Source: a candidate division WWE3 bacterium (GTDB lineage: Bacteria > Patescibacteriota > WWE3 > UBA101185 > UBA10185). From it: 64,000 bases of DNA. The position numbers and the translations under genes are program-made. Within the stretch, counting starts at the first letter, position 1. Every line of letters starts with the position of its first letter. The notes beneath the pieces were generated by a model, which worked only from the letters and a program-made list of their open reading frames with translations, was not told the DNA's origin and did no database searches. The DNA lies in NCBI GenBank assembly GCA_052035175.1, contig JBPOHV010000001.1, forward strand, positions 366,773-430,772. Reading direction: 5' to 3'. Below are positions 53,709-63,858 of this stretch, in pieces.

Positions 53709-54498
53709 AGAAAGTTTTTTGTCAAAAGGTAAAAACTTTTTTTCAAAATCTTTTTTCAAAGATCGCAGACTTAAAAAGCTGGTAATCAAAACCTTAAAAA
53801 TATTAATTGCATTTAGTGCTGTAAGTAGTGTCGCTTATTTATTTATTATGACAAAGACATTTACTATCAGCGATGTAAAGTTTGTCGGTACCGGTGAATT
53901 TGTAAATTCGACAGACGTCAAAGCTGTAGCTGCAAATAATGCTTTCGGTAAAAATATATTTTTGTATTCATCTCAGAGCTTAGCGACGACTTTAAAGTCA
54001 TCATTCCTTGGTGCAAAAGATTTTGCGGTTACCAAAGTTTTACCCAATACTTTGGTGATTCATATAACTCAAAGAGTTCCGATAGCTGTTTTGGATACTC
54101 CTGATCTGACAAAGCATTTTCTTGTAGATGATGAGGGTTATGTTTTGGGTGAGATTACCGATAAAGACTATAGCGATCTTCCTAGACTGACGTATTTTGA
54201 AGATTTAAATGTAGGTGTTTTTATAAACAAAAGTGTTGTGCCAAAATATATGCAGCTTTTAGCAGAGCTAAAAGCTGCAGAAGTAAAAATAAGTAGCATA
54301 AGCATGTATAATGACTACACCGAGTTCTATACAGAAAACGGAGTTCAAGTGTTGTTGCCAAGCGAAAAGGTAAATAAAAAGTATATATTTTCGATAAAAG
54401 CTGTGATATCCAAAGCTTTAGAGCTAGGAAAAGTTTTACAGAAGATTGATTTACGATACGAAAAAGTAATAGTATTATTTAATACAGAAAAGCTATAA
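53653..54498 (+). CDS. ftsQ: Cell division protein FtsQ/DivIB-like
   Basis: Basic N-terminus, single TM (LKILIAFSAVSSVAYLFI), then FTISDVKFVGTGEF (POTRA-like). Sits between murG and ftsA. Start uncertain; overlaps murG by 56 nt. Confidence 0.6.
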   Translation: MIVQQKRLPKRQSKYPSNKESFLSKGKNFFSKSFFKDRRLKKLVIKTLKILIAFSAVSSVAYLFIMTKTFTISDVKFVGTGEFVNSTDVKAVAANNAFGKNIFLYSSQSLATTLKSSFLGAKDFAVTKVLPNTLVIHITQRVPIAVLDTPDLTKHFLVDDEGYVLGEITDKDYSDLPRLTYFEDLNVGVFINKSVVPKYMQLLAELKAAEVKISSISMYNDYTEFYTENGVQVLLPSEKVNKKYIFSIKAVISKALELGKVLQKIDLRYEKVIVLFNTEKL

Positions 54499-54507
54499 TC
54501 ATACATT

Positions 54508-55764
54508 ATGCCCAAAGAAAAAATAATTACAGGAATTGATATAGGGTCAACCAAAATCAGCACAACAATTGCTACTGTAGATGAAAAAAAGGTATCTGTA
54601 ATAGGTGTTTCTGGTGATGTACCGTCCAAAGGTATAAACCGAGGTATCGTTGTAGATATTGATAGTGCTGTTGAATCTATATCAGCAAGCTTAGAGCGCG
54701 CCGAACGTATGGCCGGTGTATCTGTTTCAAGCGCTTTTGTTACTTTAAACGGAAGTCATATAGAAACTCAGAATTCTCACGGTGTTGTAGCTGTAACTCC
54801 TGGCAAAAGTTCAGAGATCACAAGTGTTGATGTACAACGAGTTACTGAAGCCGCACAGGCTATATCTTTGGCATCAAATAGAGAGCTAGTTCATGTTATC
54901 CCGCGCGATTTTGAAGTAGATTCTCAAGCTGGTATTAAAGATCCTGTTGGTATGGCTGGAAATCGTTTGGAAGTAGAAACAAACATCATTCATGGATCTT
55001 CTACAACAATGCGCAATATTATTAAATGTGTGAATCAACTAAACGTAGAAGTTGCAGATTTAGTATATGTAGGCATTGCAAACGCCGAAGCAGTTCTCAC
55101 AGACACAGAAAAAGAATTGGGAACGCTTTTGGTTGATATCGGCGGTGGTACTACATCAATAATTGCTTATCTAGATGGAAGTCCTATTTATTCTGCCGTG
55201 TTTCCTTTGGGCGGTAAACTAATTACGAGTGATCTTGCTATTGGTTTGCGCGCACGTTTGCCCGAAGCAGAGAAAATCAAATTAAAACTCAGCATGGAAT
55301 ATATTCATTCAGCCAAAACAAATGAGACAAACCGACACGATGAAGAATTTGATATATCTGAGTTTGGTTTAGAAACTGTAAGTGTTCCAAAAAAGCTTTT
55401 ATATAAAATTATTGATGCACGAGTCGAAGAAATTTTTAGATTGATTGCATTAGATATTAATAAAGCCAAATTAGAGCGCAGATTACCAGCCGGTTTAGTA
55501 ATTACAGGTGGTGGTGCTTTAACTGCTGGTGTTGATAAAGTTGCAAAAGATATTTTAAAAACGCCAGTGCGCATAGGATATCCAAGAGGAGTTACTGGAC
55601 TAATTGATGAAATACAAGGGCCATCATCGTCTGCATGTGTAGGTGCATTACTTTATGGTACACATACACATCAGAGTAGCCTATTGTCATTTGAAGATAA
55701 GAAAGGTAAGATGTCTGTAAATTTTAAGAACTTTTTTGAACGCGTAAAGTCTTTTCTGCCCTAG
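54508..55764 (+). CDS. ftsA: Cell division protein FtsA
   Basis: IITGIDIGSTKIS... actin-fold motifs (DIGGGTT, VITGGGA). Confidence 0.9.
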   Translation: MPKEKIITGIDIGSTKISTTIATVDEKKVSVIGVSGDVPSKGINRGIVVDIDSAVESISASLERAERMAGVSVSSAFVTLNGSHIETQNSHGVVAVTPGKSSEITSVDVQRVTEAAQAISLASNRELVHVIPRDFEVDSQAGIKDPVGMAGNRLEVETNIIHGSSTTMRNIIKCVNQLNVEVADLVYVGIANAEAVLTDTEKELGTLLVDIGGGTTSIIAYLDGSPIYSAVFPLGGKLITSDLAIGLRARLPEAEKIKLKLSMEYIHSAKTNETNRHDEEFDISEFGLETVSVPKKLLYKIIDARVEEIFRLIALDINKAKLERRLPAGLVITGGGALTAGVDKVAKDILKTPVRIGYPRGVTGLIDEIQGPSSSACVGALLYGTHTHQSSLLSFEDKKGKMSVNFKNFFERVKSFLP

Positions 55765-55782
55765 ACAAATCCGCAATAAAAG

Positions 55783-56907
55783 ATGCAAGTAAAACCTGAA
55801 ATCGAAAGATTTGCAAAAATAAGAGTCGTTGGAGTTGGTGGAGCTGGTGGTAATGCAATTAATACCATGATTGATGCTCAACAAATCCAAGGTGTCGAAT
55901 TTATTGCAATTAATACAGACGCACAAGATCTCTCAATAAATAAAGCTTATATAAAAGTTCCTATTGGACATGAGATAACTGGTGGACTTGGTGCAGGAGC
56001 GAATCCAGAAGTTGGGCGTAGAGCTGCCGAAGAGTCAAAAGAATTAATTAAAGCCAACTTAGAAGGTGCAGACATGATTTTTATTGCTGCGGGTATGGGT
56101 GGTGGCACCGGTACTGGTGCAGCACCATTGGTAGCAAGCATTGCAAAAGAACTCGGTGCATTAACTGTTGGCGTTGTAACAAAACCATTTAACTTTGAAG
56201 GCGCACAAAGATTGGCAAACGCTGAGCGTGGCATCGAATCACTTCGCAAAGAGGTTGATGCGCTTATTGTTATTCCAAATCAAAAATTATTAGAAGTTGC
56301 TGATAAAAGCTTGCCAGTCGTAGACGCTTTTAAATTGTCAGATAGTATCTTAACTCAGGGTGTACAAGGTATATCAGATCTTATAGTTATGCCAGGTCTT
56401 ATGAATGTAGATTTTGCCGATGTTCGTACTATTATGAAAGACGCAGGTTCTGCGCTCATGGGTATAGGAATAGGTACAGGTGAAAATCGTGCTGAAATCG
56501 CAGCAAAAGCCGCTATATCATCTCCATTGCTAGAACAATCTATCGAAGGAGCAACAGGAATATTGTTTAATGTTGTTGGTGGTGCTGACATGACTTTGCA
56601 AGAGTTTGATCAAGCATCTAGCATTATTTCACAATCTGCCAGCCCGGATGCAAATATAATTGCTGGTACATCGATCGATCCAAACTTAAAAGATCAAATA
56701 AAAGTTACTGTGATTGCAACTGGTTTTGATACCGATGATATTCGTTCTCAACTTGGTATGAAAGTAAGTACTCAAGAAAGACGATCGTTTGATACTTTGC
56801 CTCAAAACGATGCTGCGCAAGACAGTAATCCTTATATTCCAACAGACGAAAATAACGATGATAAATACGAAGGTAAATACGATATTCCAACTTTTCTTCG
56901 TGAATAG
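55783..56907 (+). CDS. ftsZ: Cell division protein FtsZ
   Basis: [17 protein letters not shown], tubulin signature GGGTGTG, T7 loop NVDFAD, C-terminal peptide DIPTFLR. Confidence 0.95.
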   Translation: MQVKPEIERFAKIRVVGVGGAGGNAINTMIDAQQIQGVEFIAINTDAQDLSINKAYIKVPIGHEITGGLGAGANPEVGRRAAEESKELIKANLEGADMIFIAAGMGGGTGTGAAPLVASIAKELGALTVGVVTKPFNFEGAQRLANAERGIESLRKEVDALIVIPNQKLLEVADKSLPVVDAFKLSDSILTQGVQGISDLIVMPGLMNVDFADVRTIMKDAGSALMGIGIGTGENRAEIAAKAAISSPLLEQSIEGATGILFNVVGGADMTLQEFDQASSIISQSASPDANIIAGTSIDPNLKDQIKVTVIATGFDTDDIRSQLGMKVSTQERRSFDTLPQNDAAQDSNPYIPTDENNDDKYEGKYDIPTFLRE

Positions 56908-56995
56908 ATCTCGATTTAACTCCTTTTTAAATTTCTTATCACTAAGCCAAAACTGAGTTATCCACAATTGCAGTGACAACAAAAACCGGCGAAGC

Positions 56996-57038
56996 TACAA
57001 TTTGCATTACATTGTATACACGTTACAAATATGTAAAC
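56996..57038 (+). promoter_or_regulatory. Two adjacent inverted repeats upstream of nrdJ (TACAAT-N9-ATTGTA; TTACA-N4-TGTAA)
   Basis: Seen directly in the sequence. Resemblance to NrdR boxes is weak. Confidence 0.3.
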
Positions 57039-57144
57039 ATTCATATATCGATTCTCTAAAAAAATAATATTAAGTTAAAAAATCTTTGAGCTGCAACAAA
57101 CTTCTAGCAGTGGATGGTTGCTGCCGTTTAAAGTCGACTGCTCT

Positions 57145-59598
57145 ATGAACGTAGATGAAAATTCTTCTGATAAGAATTCTGTTGCCGTAGCAAACTTAAG
57201 AAAAAACGAACATATAGACTTAAGTGAAAATTCTCGTGTAATTTTAGAAAAAAGATATTTGCGTAAAAATCCAGATGGTACCCCTGCCGAAACAATCGAG
57301 CAAATGTTTGAACGTATTTCGAGAGCAGTGGCTGAACCCGACATTACATACAGAGATGTAAATACAACGTTCATCGAATTTTATAATTTACTGACTTCCA
57401 AAAAATTTTTTCCAAACTCACCAACATTTACTGGTGCGGGTACTCCATTGGGACAGTTGGCTGCGTGTTTTGTTTTACCTATTGCCGACGATTTGGGAAA
57501 ACAATCTGACGGTATTTTTACAACTCTGAGAAATGCGTCACTTATTCAGCAGTCTGGTGGGGGAAATGGTTTTTCTTTTACAAAAATTCGCCCGAAAGGT
57601 TCTTACATTTCTAGTAGTAGTGGAAAAGCAACTGGTCCGGTAGGGTTTATGTCTGTTTACGACAAAGCTTTTGGTGAAGTAGCTCAAGGTGGTGTTCGAC
57701 GTGGTGCTAATATGGGTGTTTTACGCGTTGACCACCCGGATGTTCGTGATTTTATAAAATGCAAATCTTCTGAAGGCCAAATTTCAAACTTTAATATATC
57801 TGTAGCAATTACAGACAAATTTATGAAAGCCGTAAAAGACGATACTACTTATGATTTGATAGATCCGCATTCGAGCAAAGTTGTAGAAACTCCCAGAGCG
57901 CGCGAGATTTTCGATATGATCGTCGAGTATGCTTATAAAAATGGCGAACCTGGTGTTTTATTCATCGATGCTGCTAATCGAACAAATCCTGTACCACATT
58001 TATATGAACTTATGGCAACAAATCCTTGTGGTGAGCAATGGCTTGGGCCATATGAAAATTGTTGTTTGGGATCTATAAATCTAGCCGAGCATATCTCAGA
58101 TCATAAAATGGATTGGGAGGCTTTGAAAGAAACTACAATATTATCTACAAGATTTTTGGATAATGTCGTAAGCGCAAATAAATACGTTCCTGCGGTTCCT
58201 CAATTGAAAGAAGCTGCAGATAATGCGCGCCGTATCGGGCTTGGAATTATGGGATTGGCCGATGCAATGTATGCACTGGGGATTAAATATGGAAGTGATG
58301 CAGGCCAAGAGTTTTCTGCTCAAGTTATGGAGTTTGTCAGATACCACTCTATGTTAGTTTCTATAGATTTGGCTAAAGAACGTGGCCCATTCTTAAAAAT
58401 AAAGGGTAGTATATATGATCCTCAAAATGTGACTTGGAGACCACCAACCCCTATAAAGTCTTTTACTTCTGATTTTGGCAGACCTTTAATTGATTGGAAT
58501 ACTGTCATGTCTGGTTTGCGCACACATGGTATTCGAAATGCTGCTCAGACAACAGTTGCACCTACAGGAACGATATCAACCGTAGCAGGTGTAGAGGGTT
58601 ATGGGTGTGAGCCAGCTTTTGCATTGGCTTACTACAGAAATGTTTATCAAGCCGCAGGGGACACTGGGAAAATGACTTTGACTTATGTAAGCCCTTTATT
58701 TATTGAGGCTTTGGATAAAGCTAATATAATCGGAGACGTAAGAAAAAGAATAATTGACGAAGTCTTAGAAAAAGGCACATGCCAACAAATTATAGGGCTA
58801 CCTCAATCAATCAAAGACGTGTTTGTTGTTTCTGCTGATATATCTCCAGAAGAACATATTATGACGCAAGCATCGATACAGGCCTTTGTTGATAACTCTA
58901 TATCAAAGACTTGCAATTTTCCCGCTGAAGCAACAAAAGAAGATGTCGCAAAAGCTTACATGTTGGGTTGGGAGTTAGGTTGCAAAGGGTTAACTGTATA
59001 TGTTACAGGTTCTCGCCAAGAAGTTGTCTTGGAAACAAAAGAAACGAAACTAGCTAAGTCTGGCGATACAGGTACTGTAGTCGTATCAGAAAACAGCATT
59101 GTTGAATTTGATCGCGGTCGAAAGTTGGTTGGTGCAACTTATAAAGTAAAAACACCACAAGGAAAAGCCTTTGTTACAATAAATAAGACAGATAACGGTG
59201 AGCCAGTTGAAATTTTTGTGAATGTCGGAAAAGCTGGTACAGACGTAGCAGCTTTGTCTGAGGCATTGGGTAGATTATTATCTGGCTGGTTGCGTTCTTC
59301 GACTGATAAAACACATACTGTCAAAGACATTATTGTCCAACTTATAGGTATTGGTGGTGCAAGTAGCGTTGGCTTTGGTAAAAGTCGGGTAAGTTCGGTA
59401 CCAGACGCTGTTGCAAAACTATTAGCCGAAGAATTTATGATCGAGGTAAAAATGAATGGAAGCAATGTAGTAGAAAAAGACAAACCTCAAGTTTCTGTTT
59501 TTTCTCATGTCGATATGTGCCCAGACTGTGGAAATACATCTTTGATCATGGAAGAAGGTTGTGAAAAATGTTATACATGTGGCTTTAGCAAATGCTGA
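57145..59598 (+). CDS. nrdJ: Class II (adenosylcobalamin-dependent) ribonucleotide reductase NrdJ
   Basis: [10 protein letters not shown]..., active-site region [22 protein letters not shown]-terminal Cys cluster CPDCGNTS...CEKCYTCG. Start set at ATG 57145 (the track ORF begins at a TTG). Confidence 0.9.
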   Translation: MNVDENSSDKNSVAVANLRKNEHIDLSENSRVILEKRYLRKNPDGTPAETIEQMFERISRAVAEPDITYRDVNTTFIEFYNLLTSKKFFPNSPTFTGAGTPLGQLAACFVLPIADDLGKQSDGIFTTLRNASLIQQSGGGNGFSFTKIRPKGSYISSSSGKATGPVGFMSVYDKAFGEVAQGGVRRGANMGVLRVDHPDVRDFIKCKSSEGQISNFNISVAITDKFMKAVKDDTTYDLIDPHSSKVVETPRAREIFDMIVEYAYKNGEPGVLFIDAANRTNPVPHLYELMATNPCGEQWLGPYENCCLGSINLAEHISDHKMDWEALKETTILSTRFLDNVVSANKYVPAVPQLKEAADNARRIGLGIMGLADAMYALGIKYGSDAGQEFSAQVMEFVRYHSMLVSIDLAKERGPFLKIKGSIYDPQNVTWRPPTPIKSFTSDFGRPLIDWNTVMSGLRTHGIRNAAQTTVAPTGTISTVAGVEGYGCEPAFALAYYRNVYQAAGDTGKMTLTYVSPLFIEALDKANIIGDVRKRIIDEVLEKGTCQQIIGLPQSIKDVFVVSADISPEEHIMTQASIQAFVDNSISKTCNFPAEATKEDVAKAYMLGWELGCKGLTVYVTGSRQEVVLETKETKLAKSGDTGTVVVSENSIVEFDRGRKLVGATYKVKTPQGKAFVTINKTDNGEPVEIFVNVGKAGTDVAALSEALGRLLSGWLRSSTDKTHTVKDIIVQLIGIGGASSVGFGKSRVSSVPDAVAKLLAEEFMIEVKMNGSNVVEKDKPQVSVFSHVDMCPDCGNTSLIMEEGCEKCYTCGFSKC

Positions 59599-59643
59599 GT
59601 TCTAAGTGTAGATGATACATTTGTTGCGTGGTAACATTTCACA

Positions 59644-59805
59644 ATGTCGCGCTTAACAAAATATCTTTTACTTTTTGTTTTGGTAGTATCAGTAGGTGTT
59701 AGTTTGGTTACATATTTGGTTTATAGAGCTGTGCAAACAGATAACTTTTTCGTGGCGCAAACTGCGCAGGTGTCTGTTTTGTCTGCTGAAAGTATTTCAG
59801 AGTGA
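59644..59805 (+). CDS. small membrane protein candidate (53 aa, below the ORF-track cutoff)
   Basis: ATG 59644 to TGA 59803-59805, read directly from the sequence. One TM (YLLLFVLVVSVGVSLVTYLVY). Fills the nrdJ-ileS gap. Confidence 0.25.
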   Translation: MSRLTKYLLLFVLVVSVGVSLVTYLVYRAVQTDNFFVAQTAQVSVLSAESISE

Positions 59806-59846
59806 GATGTGTTTCAAATTTGTAACTTTTTTGATACTATTCCCAC

Positions 59847-62741
59847 ATGTCTGATACACATACTGAGAAAACTATTCCTCAATTAGAAGAGGAAATGCTG
59901 GCTTATTGGAAAGAGAATACTATTTTCGAGAAGTCTGTTTCTCAGCGCCCTTCTGATAACTCATATGTTTTTTATGATGGACCTCCATTTATTTCCGGTT
60001 TACCACATTATGGTCATTTCTTAGCTTCAATCGCAAAAGATATAGTTCCCAGGTATTGGACTATGCGAGGTAAGCGCGTAGAAAGAGTATGGGGGTGGGA
60101 TGCCCATGGTTTAACCGTTGAAAATAAAGTTCAAAAAGAACTGGGTATCAAAGATCGTCGTGAAATAGAAAACTTTGGGTTGAGTAAATTTACTGAAGCT
60201 TGTTACAAATATACATCTGCAACATCAGCAGAATGGCCATGGTATATAGAACGTATTGGTCGCTGGGTCGACATGGAGCACGCATATAAGACTATAGACA
60301 CCTCATATATGGAGTCTGTTATGTGGGCATTTAAGCAGCTTTATGATAAGAAATTAATTTATGAAGGTATGCGTACATCTTTATATTGCACTACATGCGG
60401 CACGCCTGTTTCGAATTTTGAAGTTGCCATGGATGATACTTATAAAGAAGTTGAGGATCCCGCAGTTACAATCAAATTCAAAATAAGTACACAAGGTAGG
60501 TTTGAAAATATGTTTGTACTAGCATGGACTACTACGCCATGGACGTTGCCTTCAAATAGAGCTTTGGTTTTAGACAAATCTGCTGATTATGCTTTGGTTG
60601 AATATGACATGGCGACTTATATTCTAGCTGTTTCTCGAGTAGCAGAAATCTTCAAAGATAAACAATATAATGTAATTGATAAAGTAAAAGGTGCCGATTT
60701 AGTTGGTCTTGCTTATGAACCTTTGTATAAGATTTATGCAAACAATGACAATGATTTCAAAATTTACCATTTTGACAATATGGTAAGCGCCGATGAAGGT
60801 ACTGGAGTTGTACATAGTGCTCCAGGATTTGGTGCTATAGATACACAAATGGGATTTGAAAGCGGACTCACTTTGATGACATCTATAGACGACGAAGGTA
60901 AGTTTACGCAAGGTAATAATGAAGCTAATCCATATTTTGGACTTTATTACAGTAAAGCAAATCCATTAATAACATATGATCTAGAGAAAAGGGGATTGTT
61001 ATTTGAAAATTCCAAAATACTTCACAGATTTCCATATCACGATAGATGCAATACGCTTTTGATTCAAAGAGCGCAGCACTCTTGGTTTTTACGAGAAACA
61101 GAAATGACTAAAGCTTTGTTAGACAATGCAGAACCCATAAAGTGGGTTCCAGATCATTTGAAAAATGGATTATTTAAATATGTTATCGAATCGGCACCAG
61201 ATTGGTGTATTTCACGCAACCGTTACTGGGCGACTCCAATGCCCGTATGGGAAAGCGCAGATGGAGATCGGTTAGTATTGGGAAGTATAAAAGAAATCGA
61301 AGAGTTGTCTGGTCAAAAAGTAAAAGATCTGCACAGACCTTATATAGATGAAATAGTTATACATAAAGATGGCAAAGAATATAAACGCAGAGTAGAAGTA
61401 CTAGACTCTTGGTTTGAAGCAGGTTCAATGCCGTTTGCACAATGGCATTATCCTTTTGAAAATAAAGAAAAGTTTGAACAAAACTTTCCAGGCGATTACA
61501 TCGTAGAGTATATAGCTCAAACTCGTGCGTGGTTTAGAGTGTTACATGTTATTTCTGTAGGTGTTTTTGATACTCACGCTTTTAAGAATGTAGTTTGTAC
61601 AGGTGTTTTAGCTGGTAATGACGGTCGTAAAATGAGTAAAACCTATGGTAATTACACAGATCCAAAAGAAGTTTTACAAACCGTAGGCGGAGACGCAGTG
61701 AGACTATACTTTATGAATTCTCCTCTACTTACAGGAGGCGGCACCAATTTTGATTTTGACGCGATGAAAGTAAAATCTAGAAATGTTATAAATCCTTTGT
61801 TAAATTCTTTGAAATTTTTTATGATGTATACGCCAAAAGACAATTGGCAACCAGACCTTGAAAAATTATCAGAAAATGTTTTAGACAAATGGATAATGAT
61901 ACGGCTAAACGAAACAATAAAAGGCTTTTCCGATAATATGGAAAATTATTTGATTGCTGATGCCGTTCAATACATAGAAGACTTTGTAGATGATTTATCT
62001 CGATGGTATGTACGCCGATCACGAGAACGTATAACTTCGGGTGATAATGATGCTCTAAATACTTTGTTTACAGTTTTATACAAGTTTTCACTTGCTTCTG
62101 CTCCTACAATACCGTTTTTATCAGAAAGAATATATCAATCTTTAAAATCGTACGTACCTTCTGCTAAAGAATCGGTGCATTTAGAAGATTATCCGCAGTA
62201 CGATGCAGATTTATTAACTGACGAATCTAATATTTTAGTAAAAATGAAAAATACCAGGGATGTGGTTTCAATAATTCTGGCTATGAGGTCATCTGCAAAT
62301 GTAAATCTAAAGGTACGTCAACCATTACAAAATGCATTTGTAGTATTTGACGAGACAGTAAAAGCAAATGAGTACGGTCTTTTTGTAGATATAGTTCAAG
62401 ACGAAGTAAATATTAAAGAAGTAAGTATACTAGATAAAGTGCCTGTCAGCGTTGATACAAATGTGTTTGCTTCTATGCAACTAGATGCAAATAGCGTTGT
62501 CTATTTAAACAAAGAAATCACCGAAGACTTGCGTCTAGAAGGTATGGCACGTGATTTTATAAGGGCTATCCAAGATTTGCGTAAAACAAAAGGTTACAAT
62601 ATAAGCGACAATATCGATGTTACATATCCTGATACTGAAGAGTACAAAAAACTTATGGACATGTTTGGTCCATTTATCAAGTCTAAGGTGACTGCACGTA
62701 ATTTTGTGCCAAGTACTTCTCTCGATGTACTAAAGATTTAA
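59847..62741 (+). CDS. ileS: Isoleucyl-tRNA synthetase
   Basis: HIGH-type motif PHYGH; WGWDAHGLTVE (matches IleRS GWDCHGLPIE rather than ValRS); WTTTPWTLPSN; KMSKS-type GRKMSKTYGN. Confidence 0.9.
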   Translation: MSDTHTEKTIPQLEEEMLAYWKENTIFEKSVSQRPSDNSYVFYDGPPFISGLPHYGHFLASIAKDIVPRYWTMRGKRVERVWGWDAHGLTVENKVQKELGIKDRREIENFGLSKFTEACYKYTSATSAEWPWYIERIGRWVDMEHAYKTIDTSYMESVMWAFKQLYDKKLIYEGMRTSLYCTTCGTPVSNFEVAMDDTYKEVEDPAVTIKFKISTQGRFENMFVLAWTTTPWTLPSNRALVLDKSADYALVEYDMATYILAVSRVAEIFKDKQYNVIDKVKGADLVGLAYEPLYKIYANNDNDFKIYHFDNMVSADEGTGVVHSAPGFGAIDTQMGFESGLTLMTSIDDEGKFTQGNNEANPYFGLYYSKANPLITYDLEKRGLLFENSKILHRFPYHDRCNTLLIQRAQHSWFLRETEMTKALLDNAEPIKWVPDHLKNGLFKYVIESAPDWCISRNRYWATPMPVWESADGDRLVLGSIKEIEELSGQKVKDLHRPYIDEIVIHKDGKEYKRRVEVLDSWFEAGSMPFAQWHYPFENKEKFEQNFPGDYIVEYIAQTRAWFRVLHVISVGVFDTHAFKNVVCTGVLAGNDGRKMSKTYGNYTDPKEVLQTVGGDAVRLYFMNSPLLTGGGTNFDFDAMKVKSRNVINPLLNSLKFFMMYTPKDNWQPDLEKLSENVLDKWIMIRLNETIKGFSDNMENYLIADAVQYIEDFVDDLSRWYVRRSRERITSGDNDALNTLFTVLYKFSLASAPTIPFLSERIYQSLKSYVPSAKESVHLEDYPQYDADLLTDESNILVKMKNTRDVVSIILAMRSSANVNLKVRQPLQNAFVVFDETVKANEYGLFVDIVQDEVNIKEVSILDKVPVSVDTNVFASMQLDANSVVYLNKEITEDLRLEGMARDFIRAIQDLRKTKGYNISDNIDVTYPDTEEYKKLMDMFGPFIKSKVTARNFVPSTSLDVLKI

Positions 62742-63799
62742 TGCTCAAAAAAATTAATTTTGTATTTTGTATTGTTCCTATATTGATCTTTGCCATGAGT
62801 GCTTTGACAATGTATTCAGTGGGGAATACTTTGTTGAAACAGCATATACTCGTGTTTTGTATTGGGTATATTTTGTTTTTTGCTATTTCACTCGTTGATA
62901 TTGAGGTTTTACGATACTATTGGCAGTATTTATACATCTTTATCGTTGCAACTTTGGGTGTAACCCACATACTAGGAACTATTAAGCTTGGTGCCGCAAG
63001 ATGGATTAATTTAGGATTATTTACTGTTCAGCCTTCAGAGTTTGCAAAAGCTGTTACAATTTTATCTTTGGCTTCATTTTTATCTTTTAGTAAAGAAGGT
63101 ATTTCAAACTATAAAACCTTTTTAAAATTTATTTTGTTGGTTATCTTTATTGCGGCTTTTGTAATATTTCAACCTGACCTTGGTACAGCGTTGATTGTAT
63201 TATTTGCTTCATTAGGTATAGGGGTTATAGCAGGTGTTAATCGTAACTATATATTGTTTTTTGTTTTATCTTTGGGTATTTTGTCTTATCCTGTATGGAC
63301 GTCACTATATACTTATCAGCAGCAACGTATCTTGGTATTTATTGATCCTACAATTGATAGTTTAGGCGCAGGTTACAATGTTTTACAATCAATTATTGCA
63401 GTGGGGTCGGGTGGTGTATTTGGTAAAGGTTTGGGGAATGGGACTCAAGCAATGCTCAACTATTTACCGATTTATTGGACAGATTTTATGTTTGCTGCAT
63501 TTGCAGAAGAATGGGGGCTTATTGGAATTATTGTTTTCCTAGCTTTATACGTGATTTTGCTATTATCAATATTGTTTGTAGCGTATAAAGTCGATACGAC
63601 ATTTGCATTGATGATTAGTATAGGTGTGTTTTGTGTTTTTTTTGCTCAATTTGTAATAAATGTAGGGATGAACTTGGGAGTGATGCCAGTGACAGGTATT
63701 CCTTTACCTTTTATGTCATACGGAGGTAGTTCTATGGTTGTGTCATTTATATTATTGGGTATGCTTCATAGCGTCTGGATCTACCAGACAAAAAATTAA
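62741..63799 (+). CDS. rodA: SEDS-family protein RodA-like (second SEDS paralog)
   Basis: Multi-TM protein ending PVTGIPLPFMSYGGSSMV. ATGA overlap with ileS. Confidence 0.8.
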   Translation: MLKKINFVFCIVPILIFAMSALTMYSVGNTLLKQHILVFCIGYILFFAISLVDIEVLRYYWQYLYIFIVATLGVTHILGTIKLGAARWINLGLFTVQPSEFAKAVTILSLASFLSFSKEGISNYKTFLKFILLVIFIAAFVIFQPDLGTALIVLFASLGIGVIAGVNRNYILFFVLSLGILSYPVWTSLYTYQQQRILVFIDPTIDSLGAGYNVLQSIIAVGSGGVFGKGLGNGTQAMLNYLPIYWTDFMFAAFAEEWGLIGIIVFLALYVILLLSILFVAYKVDTTFALMISIGVFCVFFAQFVINVGMNLGVMPVTGIPLPFMSYGGSSMVVSFILLGMLHSVWIYQTKN

Positions 63800-63858
63800 T
63801 AATATAGTATATTTAATTTAGAATTTAGTATCTAAATTTTCTTTATTGAGAAATAATT

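Noticed and set aside
55947-56591. Antisense ORFs 55947..56249 and 56355..56591 (minus strand) within ftsZ
   Set aside because: These are shadow ORFs produced by the Gly/Ala-rich codon composition of ftsZ. The same reasoning applies to 636..857, 948..1187, 2867..3094, 5851..6039, 11197..11454, 13808..14282, 17059..17262, 18197..18460, 26441..26811, 28337..28924, 31224..31709, 44187..44756, 45583..46133 and 48376..49394, all of which are embedded in well-supported genes.
56996-57038. NrdR box upstream of nrdJ
   Set aside because: The palindromes do not match the 16-bp acaCwAtATaTwGtgt consensus or its tandem spacing. They are reported only as generic inverted repeats.
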